From Candidatus Scatovivens sp. (GTDB taxonomy: Bacteria; Bacillota; Clostridia; TANB77; CAG-508): a stretch of 64,000 nt of DNA. A model generated the notes under the pieces. It did no database searches. It was not told the origin of the DNA and saw only the letters and a list, made by a program, of their open reading frames with translations. Location: positions 1-64,000 of the forward strand of contig JAZRKN010000014.1 of assembly GCA_045646345.1 (NCBI GenBank), in the 5' to 3' direction. The position numbers and the translations under genes were made by a program. Position 1 is the stretch's first letter; each line of letters starts with the position of its first letter. This document shows, in pieces, positions 21,262 through 28,671 of this stretch.

Positions 21262-21774
21262 TTATGTTGGATTTTTTTCTTTATTAAATATTTTAAATAT
21301 AAAGTTCTTAATTGATGTAAACATCTTCTTATACCAAGGCAAATTATTATAATCTACTGGTAAAGCAGATGGATCTGATTTAACTTCTACAGTTGTATTT
21401 AAATTTATTTCTGTAGTAGTTGCTGTTTTATTATTAAAGATATTCTCTGGATTGTATTTTTCACGTAATTCTTTTTGTTTTTGTTTTTCGTTTTCTGCTA
21501 AAATAGCTTTTATTTGAGATTTCTCTTCTTCTGTTTCACACCAATAGTTTAATGAAAGTAGAGCTATAAGTGCAGCAGTTTTTTTAGAAACATTTTGGTC
21601 TTCTAAAGGAAGATTACTATCTAAATGTTTTTCATAAGTATCAAGAGCATAAGTATTAAAGATAGTCATAAGTTTTTTTGGAATTTTACTTACTAAGCTA
21701 TCATCTGTAAATGACAGAATTTCTAATAATTCTGCATAAGCATATGCTTGATCGGGCTTAATTTGAATTGCCAT
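21262..21774 (-). CDS. Hypothetical protein, 'AYAE.LEIL...KIP' family (paralog of 56840-57280)
   Basis: AYAYAELLEIL...VSKIPKK...LEDQNVSKKTAALIALLSLNYWCETEEEK. Confidence 0.8.
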   Translation of the reverse strand: MAIQIKPDQAYAYAELLEILSFTDDSLVSKIPKKLMTIFNTYALDTYEKHLDSNLPLEDQNVSKKTAALIALLSLNYWCETEEEKSQIKAILAENEKQKQKELREKYNPENIFNNKTATTTEINLNTTVEVKSDPSALPVDYNNLPWYKKMFTSIKNFIFKIFNKEKNPT

Positions 21775-21813
21775 TTATCTACTTGTCCTTTCATTAAAAT
21801 CTTTTGTTTGGTA

Positions 21814-22539
21814 TTACATTGTTCTATCTTCTGGTTCTGTTTTGGTATCTGTTGTTCTTGGAGTTGTCTTTTTTGGTTGTGGTATATAAATTTTTTGTTG
21901 AGTATTTTCAACAGTTAAATTTTCTGTCTTCAAAGGTGATTGGGCTGCTTCTTGAGTTCCTTTTTTTGGTAAATCGAATGAATCATCTAATTCGATTTCT
22001 GCTGAATCAGGAACATCCAAAATTTCTTCGCTATTTGTAAGTTCTTGAGGTTTTCTTGAATTATCGATAAGTGTTCTTGGTTGCGATTGTTGATCATTTT
22101 TTAATCTTTCTACAGCAATTTGTGCTGGAGTTTTATGATGTATGATAGCTTGTAATTGCTCTGGAGTAACAGTTTGATCAAGTTGTTGTTTTGTAGATTG
22201 ACTAATTGTTTGAACTTTAAGTCTATTTGGTGATGATTTAGCATTAATTTTGTCTGCTCTTTTCTTTTGATGATTTTCAAAAGCTGTTACAAGTCTTGCT
22301 CTTAAAGATTTTTTATCTGTAGCTTCCAGCGGATCTTTTGACGTAGTTTGATATCCTTTTGTATTTGTTGTATTATCTCCAAGTAATAATTGTCCTGGTT
22401 TGATTAATTTCATTTTTTGTAGTAATTCAGAGACTTTTTTCATTGCATTAGAAAAAGGGTTAGATGTATCTATGTCATGTATATAGCCAGTTTTGTCTTG
22501 ATTTAATTCTTTGTTTGGATCATTTTCTAGATTATCCAT
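21814..22539 (-). CDS. Hypothetical low-complexity protein
   Basis: RBS AAAGGGGG before ATG 22539; Q/T/K/P-rich. Confidence 0.7.
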   Translation of the reverse strand: MDNLENDPNKELNQDKTGYIHDIDTSNPFSNAMKKVSELLQKMKLIKPGQLLLGDNTTNTKGYQTTSKDPLEATDKKSLRARLVTAFENHQKKRADKINAKSSPNRLKVQTISQSTKQQLDQTVTPEQLQAIIHHKTPAQIAVERLKNDQQSQPRTLIDNSRKPQELTNSEEILDVPDSAEIELDDSFDLPKKGTQEAAQSPLKTENLTVENTQQKIYIPQPKKTTPRTTDTKTEPEDRTM

Positions 22540-22692
22540 AAATCTAATACCCCCTTTTACTCCAATATATACTATTATTTTATACATAACCGATCTAAAG
22601 TGCAATAAAATTACAAAAATTTAACCAAAATGACATATTTGGAGGTAATAATTAAAAAATAAAAAAGAAGATAAAAAAATAAAGTCATGGAT

Positions 22693-22722
22693 TTGACTTT
22701 AGAGTAAATAACATATTATAAT
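22693..22722 (+). promoter_or_regulatory. sigmaA promoter of sRNA candidate 1
   Basis: TTGACT-18-TATAAT with no plus-strand ORF downstream. Confidence 0.65.
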
Positions 22723-22725
22723 AAA

Positions 22726-22840
22726 GAATAAGGACACCAAAATTCAATTAGAATTTTGATGTGTTCCTTTGGAAAAATGAAAAGTCTTCCATTTAATCTG
22801 AGGGGTTGAGTCAGATTAGTAAAAGTGGAAGACTTTTTTT
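22726..22840 (+). ncRNA. Candidate small RNA 1 (~115 nt), convergent with the 22850-23152 gene
   Basis: Hairpin aaggacaccaaaattc/gaattttgatgtgttcctt, then terminator-type stem aaaagtcttcca/tggaagactttt plus T-run; architecture repeated at 23346-23458. Confidence 0.6.
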
Positions 22841-22849
22841 ATGTAAAAA

Positions 22850-23152
22850 CTAGTCGTTAGTTATTTTTTCAAGCGTAACATAAGAGTCTAAAATTTTGTG
22901 ATCATATCGATTGAATTTAGCTAAATAATTAAAAAGTTCTTGATTGATTTTTCTCATAATGTTTTTTAATTCATGTCTTTCAATTGCAGAAATTGACTTA
23001 TTATATTGTTCGACAATGCATTTGATAATTTCTTGAATGACAGTATAGCTAATATCTTTGTCTTGCTTTTCTTTTTTGCTTTCACTTATTGTTTCAATGT
23101 GTTTTTTTATAATAATATGAATTAAATATACATCAGTATCATTTTTCTTCAT
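22850..23152 (-). CDS. Hypothetical 100-aa helical protein (paralog of 23492-23791)
   Basis: RBS AAAGGAGG before ATG 23152; IHIIIKKHIETISE...DK...Y aligns with IHKIINTHLRTLKE...DK...Y. Confidence 0.8.
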   Translation of the reverse strand: MKKNDTDVYLIHIIIKKHIETISESKKEKQDKDISYTVIQEIIKCIVEQYNKSISAIERHELKNIMRKINQELFNYLAKFNRYDHKILDSYVTLEKITND

Positions 23153-23260
23153 AAGTATTCCTCCTTTAAAACCTAATTTAAAGGAACACATTTTGAAACT
23201 CTAATCTGAATCAATATCCTTATTCAATTTTCAAATGTTTGACAAATATCAAACACCAAC

Positions 23261-23289
23261 ATTATAGCACAACGGTTGACATAAGTCAA
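23261..23289 (-). promoter_or_regulatory. sigmaA promoter with palindrome over the -35 box
   Basis: Minus strand TTGACT-17-TATAAT with TGn extension; palindrome TTGAC-ATAA-GTCAA; nearly identical at 23907-23935. Confidence 0.75.
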
Positions 23290-23314
23290 AAGGTAAAAAA
23301 ATAAAGCCAATAAA

Positions 23315-23343
23315 TTGACTTTTTAATAGGGCAAAATTATAAT
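23315..23343 (+). promoter_or_regulatory. sigmaA promoter of sRNA candidate 2
   Basis: TTGACT-17-TATAAT with no plus-strand ORF downstream. Confidence 0.7.
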
Positions 23344-23345
23344 AT

Positions 23346-23458
23346 GAATAAGGACATCAAAATTCATTACGAATTTTGATGTATATCCTAAATATGGAAA
23401 ATCTTCCAAGTATCATCGGAAACATGGGTGGTCTCAGATGTTTGGAAGATTTTTTTTA
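23346..23458 (+). ncRNA. Candidate small RNA 2 (~110 nt), convergent with the 23492-23791 gene
   Basis: Hairpin acatcaaaattc/gaattttgatgt, then stem aaaatcttccaa/ttggaagatttt plus T-run; homologous to 22726-22840. Confidence 0.6.
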
Positions 23459-23491
23459 TTTATTGCAATATCAATGATTGATAGTTATTTT

Positions 23492-23791
23492 CTAGATTGA
23501 AGTAAGTAATTCGTATAATTCGGTTACATTTGAATCCCAAGGATTATCAATTAAGTAAACAAAAAAAGATTCTTTAACTCGATATATAGTAAAGTGAATT
23601 TCTAAGTTGATTGGTGTTAAAATAAATTTGTTTTTATTATCCGAATAGTGTCTCATTAATTTGTAGACAGCACATTTTAGCATGTCATACTCCAATAGTT
23701 TGTCATCATCTGATAGCTCAACTTCCTTAAGTGTTCTTAAATGTGTATTTATAATTTTGTGTATATTTTTAATTTCTTTAGTTTTTTCCAT
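23492..23791 (-). CDS. Hypothetical 99-aa helical protein (paralog of 22850-23152)
   Basis: RBS AGGAGG; shares IH.II..H..T..E, DK...Y and F.YL...N..D...Y..L..I patterns. Confidence 0.8.
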   Translation of the reverse strand: MEKTKEIKNIHKIINTHLRTLKEVELSDDDKLLEYDMLKCAVYKLMRHYSDNKNKFILTPINLEIHFTIYRVKESFFVYLIDNPWDSNVTELYELLTSI

Positions 23792-23906
23792 AAAATTCCT
23801 CCTAAAATAAAATTAAAAAACATACTTATGAGTACACACCAAAAACTCTTATCTGAACCCATGTCCTTATTCAATTTTTAAATGTTTGGAAACCAAACAT
23901 GCAATT

Positions 23907-23935
23907 AGTATAGCACAAAAGTTGACATAAGTCAA
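23907..23935 (-). promoter_or_regulatory. sigmaA promoter with palindrome over the -35 box
   Basis: Minus strand TTGACT-17-TATACT with TGn extension; palindrome TTGACATAAGTCAA. Confidence 0.75.
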
Positions 23936-24044
23936 AAAACAAGGCGATTAAATCTACAAAAATAAAATTTTACATAAAACATTTGAAATATATAGAAAAA
24001 TACTGTATAATAGAATGGTTAAAAATATTAGGAGGTTTTTTATA

Positions 24045-25634
24045 ATGCTTTTATCAAATGGAGTAACTTTAAGATTTGGAAAAAGAGTACTTTTCGAAGA
24101 TGTTACTATAAAATTTACAAAAGGAAATTGTTATGGTTTGATTGGTGCTAATGGTGCCGGAAAATCTACTTTTTTAAAAATCTTATCAGGAGAAATAGAA
24201 CCTAATAAAGGTGAAGTTATTTTAGACAAAGGTGAAAGACTATCTGTATTAAAACAAGATCACTATGCTTTTGAAGGATATACAGTAATAGATACTGTTA
24301 TGATGGGAAATAGTGAACTTTATAAAATAATGAAAGAAAAAGATGCAATTTACTCAAAACCAGATTTCTCAGAAGAAGATGGAATGAAAGCTGCAAAACT
24401 TGAAGAAAGATTTGCTGAATTGGATGGATGGAACGCTGAATCAGATGCAGCTAAAATGTTAAATGATTTAGGTATTGATGTAGATTTACATTACAAATAT
24501 ATGAGCGAAATTGAAGCTAAAGATAAAGTTAAAGTTCTTTTAGCACAAGCGTTATTTGGAAATCCAGATGTTTTATTATTAGACGAGCCTACAAACGACT
24601 TAGATATTAAAACAATAAATTGGTTACAAGATTTCTTAATGGATTTCGAAAATACTGTAATTGTCGTATCTCACGATAGATATTTCTTAAATAAAGTATG
24701 TACTCATATTGCTGATGTTGACTTTGGAAAAATTAAAGTATATCCAGGAAACTATGACTTCTGGTATGAATCAAGCCAACTTGCATTAAAACAAATGAGA
24801 GATGCAAATAAAAAGAAAGAAGAAAGAATTAAAGAGTTACAAGAATTCATTGCTAGATTTAGTGCTAACGCTTCAAAATCAAAACAAGCTACATCTAGAA
24901 AGAAATCTTTAGAGAAAATTGAACTTGAAGAGATTAAACCTTCAAACAGAAAATATCCTTATATAGATTTTAAACCAGATAGAGAACAAGGAAAAGAAAT
25001 TTTAGAAGTTAAAAATATTTCTAAAACAATAAATGGAGAAAAAATATTAGATAATGTTAGTTTCACTGTAAAAAGAGAAGATAAAATAGCTCTTTTATCA
25101 GATAATGAAATTGCAAAAACTGTTTTATTCCAAATCATTGCTGGAGAAATGGAACCAGATGAAGGTGAATTAGTTTGGGGAACAACAATTACTAAAGATT
25201 ATTTCCCAAAAGATAATAACTATATGTTTGAACAAGATTTAAGTATAACAGATTGGCTACGTCAATATTCAAAAGATCCAGATGAAACATATGTTAGAAG
25301 TTTCTTAGGAAGAATGCTTTTCTCTGGAGAAGAAGCTTTGAAAAAGGTTGCAGTTTTATCAGGAGGAGAGAAAGTAAGATGTGTTCTTTCAAAATTAATG
25401 CTTTCAGGAGCAAACTTCTTAATTTTTGATGAACCAACAAACCACTTAGATATGGAATCAATTACAGCGTTAAATGATGGTATGACAAAATATAAAGGAA
25501 TAATGATGTTTACATCTCATGACCACCAATTAACACAAACTGTAGCAAACAAAATTATAGATATAACAGATAATAATGTAGTTGTAAGAGAATGTACTTA
25601 TGACGAATACTTAGAAGAACAAGAAAATAAATAG
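24045..25634 (+). CDS. ABC-F family ATP-binding protein (YbiT/YkpA-like)
   Basis: Two ABC cassettes (GANGAGKST; LDEPTNDLD; LSGGEK...DEPTNHLD), no TM segments; RBS AGGAGG before ATG 24045. Confidence 0.92.
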   Translation: MLLSNGVTLRFGKRVLFEDVTIKFTKGNCYGLIGANGAGKSTFLKILSGEIEPNKGEVILDKGERLSVLKQDHYAFEGYTVIDTVMMGNSELYKIMKEKDAIYSKPDFSEEDGMKAAKLEERFAELDGWNAESDAAKMLNDLGIDVDLHYKYMSEIEAKDKVKVLLAQALFGNPDVLLLDEPTNDLDIKTINWLQDFLMDFENTVIVVSHDRYFLNKVCTHIADVDFGKIKVYPGNYDFWYESSQLALKQMRDANKKKEERIKELQEFIARFSANASKSKQATSRKKSLEKIELEEIKPSNRKYPYIDFKPDREQGKEILEVKNISKTINGEKILDNVSFTVKREDKIALLSDNEIAKTVLFQIIAGEMEPDEGELVWGTTITKDYFPKDNNYMFEQDLSITDWLRQYSKDPDETYVRSFLGRMLFSGEEALKKVAVLSGGEKVRCVLSKLMLSGANFLIFDEPTNHLDMESITALNDGMTKYKGIMMFTSHDHQLTQTVANKIIDITDNNVVVRECTYDEYLEEQENK

Positions 25635-25798
25635 TAAATATTAAAAACTGATTAGAGTATTCTAATCAGTTTTTTATTAATTAAATATAAAATGTAAAGT
25701 GTTTCAAAAACAATCACTTGTAAATTATGTAAACACGTGATATAATATTGAACAGTAACACGTTGTTTAGCTCATCAGAAAGCAAAGAGGTATAGAAA

Positions 25799-26179
25799 AT
25801 GATGAACAAAACAGAATTCTTAAAAGTAGCAATTAAAACATCAAAAAGGGACTATGGTAAAACCGTGTTAAACAAAGTCTACAACAAACGTAATAAAAAA
25901 CAGTTTGTAAGAGATTTTGTTATAAGTCTCTGGGGATTTTCAACAATATCTAGAGAAAAATCATATGGAGAAGAGTATGATAACGATGCAATTTTAATTG
26001 AAGAAGCAGGTGGATACTATGAACATGTGATTGTTGAAAAAGTGGCAGCAGAAAATAAGCAAAGGGTAAGAGAAGGGTATTTTGTAAAAATGTATACTGA
26101 CGAAGTAACTTACACCTGTAAGGGCTATGAAGTAAAGGAGGAAGTATTAGTAGTTGTTCCTAAAGTGCCTTTTTTCTAA
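25799..26179 (+). CDS. Hypothetical protein
   Basis: Own promoter (TTGTAA-17-TATAAT), RBS GAGG, terminator gactggc/gccagtc. Confidence 0.7.
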   Translation: MMNKTEFLKVAIKTSKRDYGKTVLNKVYNKRNKKQFVRDFVISLWGFSTISREKSYGEEYDNDAILIEEAGGYYEHVIVEKVAAENKQRVREGYFVKMYTDEVTYTCKGYEVKEEVLVVVPKVPFF

Positions 26180-26347
26180 GAGTAGGAAACTGTAAAAATA
26201 ATTTTTTATTGACTGGCGAATGCCAGTCTTTTTCCTTTTTAAAACTAAGCAATAATTGTACTTAGACTCAGAAAGGTGTGAATATTGATAAGTAGAAGAA
26301 AATATGATATAATTTATGTATACTTTTTAAAAGGAGTTGACCTTTTT

Positions 26348-26674
26348 ATGTACATGAACCATATCGTAAAGCGGGCAATTAGCAATATCTGGAAAAATAC
26401 CAAGGTAAACCTGAAGAAAGGCTTTTTCGGTGCTCTCGAGAGCACGAAGTATACCTTGGGTCTGGCGTATGTCGGATACTTCGTTGGAGCAATCCCGGTG
26501 ATGATGCTGGTTAACCTGTTTGGTCTTTTGACCACGGGCCAGGTATATCCGGTTGATCTGCACAAGGAAGTCATTCTGCCGGCACTGTTTTTCATCATTC
26601 TGGCAATTACCCTAGTTGGGTGGTTCTACAAAGAGCTCGATATCGCAGTGGCTGAACTGGCTGAAGAGAGCTAA
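26348..26674 (+). CDS. Hypothetical two-TM membrane protein, GC-richer than flanks
   Basis: RBS AAGGAG; two hydrophobic segments; terminator gagtctgggaaca/tgttctcaggctc. Confidence 0.7.
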   Translation: MYMNHIVKRAISNIWKNTKVNLKKGFFGALESTKYTLGLAYVGYFVGAIPVMMLVNLFGLLTTGQVYPVDLHKEVILPALFFIILAITLVGWFYKELDIAVAELAEES

Positions 26675-26839
26675 AAAAGAGTCTGGGAACATAGTTTTGT
26701 TCTCAGGCTCAATTTTTTTATAAATATTTATATAATACTAAAATATAATACAAAAAGAATTGATTATATGATAGAATTATTTTGAAAATATAAAAGAAAG
26801 GTTATATTGGCTAAAGTCTAATATATAGGTGAAAAATAT

Positions 26840-27892
26840 ATGTCTATTGCTTTTTCAGACTTTATTGGTCAGCTACTTAATAACCCAAGTTTATGCATTA
26901 TAACAGTTTTAATTTCTGGTGTTATTTTGGTAAATGGTTGGACAGATGCACCAAATGCTATTGCAACATGTGTATCTACAAGATGTTTGTCTCCAAAAAA
27001 ATCTATTATTATGGCAGCAATATTTAATTTTTTAGGAGTTTTTACAATGACTCTAATAAATTCTACTGTTGCTCAAACAATTTATAATATAGTAGATTTT
27101 GGAAATGATGCTACATCTGCTTTAACAGCACTTTCTGCAGCATTGGTTGCGATTGTTACATGGGCTATTTTTGCCTGGCTTTTTGGAATTCCAACAAGTG
27201 AATCCCATGCATTAATTGCAGGTCTTTCTGGTTCTGCTATAGCAATTCAAGGTGGAATTGCAGGAATAAATGGAGCAGAATGGATGAAAGTATTATATGG
27301 TATTGTAATTTCAACAATTTTAGGTTTTGGGATGGGATATGGAATTACCAAGATAATAGAAACAATTTGCAAAAACATTGATAGAAGAAAAACAACAAAG
27401 TTTTTCAAAGGTACTCAAATTGTTGGAGGTGCTTCAATGGCATTTATGCATGGAGCGCAAGATGGTCAAAAATTTATGGGAGTATTTTTATTAGGAGTTG
27501 CACTAGCAAATGGAAATGCAGGAGCTAGTACATTTGCAATTCCGATTTGGCTTATGTTATATTGCTCATTTTTAATGACGCTTGGAACTTCAATTGGTGG
27601 TTATAAAATAATAAAAACAGTAGGAATGAAAATGACAAAACTTGAAGTTTATCAAGGGGCTTCAGCAGATATTGCAGGAGCTGGATGCTTACTTATTTCC
27701 TCAGTCTTTGGTGTTCCAGTAAGTACAACTCATACAAAAACAACTGCAATAATGGGAGTGGGTGCTTCTAAAAGATTATCAAATGTAAATTGGGGAGTAG
27801 TTAAAGAAATGGTTTGGGCATGGATATTAACATTCCCAGGATGTGGATTTTTAGGATATTTAGCAACGTTAATATTTATGAGAATTTTCTAA
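26840..27892 (+). CDS. pit: PiT family inorganic phosphate transporter
   Basis: NGWTDAPNAIAT, PTSESHALI, HGAQDGQK, PVSTTH. Confidence 0.92.
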   Translation: MSIAFSDFIGQLLNNPSLCIITVLISGVILVNGWTDAPNAIATCVSTRCLSPKKSIIMAAIFNFLGVFTMTLINSTVAQTIYNIVDFGNDATSALTALSAALVAIVTWAIFAWLFGIPTSESHALIAGLSGSAIAIQGGIAGINGAEWMKVLYGIVISTILGFGMGYGITKIIETICKNIDRRKTTKFFKGTQIVGGASMAFMHGAQDGQKFMGVFLLGVALANGNAGASTFAIPIWLMLYCSFLMTLGTSIGGYKIIKTVGMKMTKLEVYQGASADIAGAGCLLISSVFGVPVSTTHTKTTAIMGVGASKRLSNVNWGVVKEMVWAWILTFPGCGFLGYLATLIFMRIF

Positions 27893-27944
27893 AATAAAAT
27901 TAATAATACGTATCACAAAAATAGATTGTGGAAAGGATATAAAT

Positions 27945-28571
27945 ATGAGAAAGAAAAAAGAAGAATATAATTATTTTGAAGAATTTGCTAATAATTCAAA
28001 ATATATAGTAGAATCAGCAGAAATTTTAAAAGAGACACTTGGAAACTATAGCCAAGAAAAATTAAAAGAAAATATAACTAGAGTTCACAAACTAGAAAAC
28101 GATGCAGATAAAGCGCTTCATAGAATGAGAGAATATCTTATCAAAGATTTTTTACCACCAATAGATAGAGAAGATATTGTTTTAATAGGACACAGATTAG
28201 ATGATATAGAAGATTATATTGATGAAATATTAATTAACTTAAATATTTTGGATATTTCTACAGTAAGAAATGATGCACTTGAATTCACAGACCTTTTAAT
28301 AGAGTGTGCTCATTCGGTTAAAGATGCATTAGAAAATTTTAAAAATTTCAAAAAGGCAGATATTGTAAAAGAAAAATCTATAGCAATTAATGTTCTAGAA
28401 GAAAAAGCAGATAGATTATATGAAAAAGCAATGAAAAACTTATATAAGGAAGAGAAAAATCCAATTGAAATAATAAAATGGACGACTATATATAATTGCT
28501 TAGAAAACACAACAGATGCATGTGAAAGAGTGGCAGATTGCTTAGAAGATATAGTAATGAAAAATTCATAG
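27945..28571 (+). CDS. DUF47 / PhoU-like phosphate transport regulator
   Basis: LENDAD...FLPPIDREDI...LEEKAD...LENTTDACE; adjacent to pit. Confidence 0.92.
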   Translation: MRKKKEEYNYFEEFANNSKYIVESAEILKETLGNYSQEKLKENITRVHKLENDADKALHRMREYLIKDFLPPIDREDIVLIGHRLDDIEDYIDEILINLNILDISTVRNDALEFTDLLIECAHSVKDALENFKNFKKADIVKEKSIAINVLEEKADRLYEKAMKNLYKEEKNPIEIIKWTTIYNCLENTTDACERVADCLEDIVMKNS

Positions 28572-28671
28572 TAAATGAAAAGAAGTCTTTTTAAAAGACT
28601 TCTTTTTTCTTGACAATGAATTTCTAAAAAGATAAAATCAATAAGGTAAAAAATAGAAAAGAGGTAAAGAA

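Noticed and set aside
22726-23871. GAATAAGGACA/TGTCCTTATTC inverted repeats as transposon ends or an invertible DNA switch
   Set aside because: No transposase or recombinase nearby and no target duplication. Promoters face inward from both sides, so inversion would not switch the gene off. The extra matching blocks in terminator loops fit RNA pairing better. Not fully excluded; read-orientation analysis would test it.
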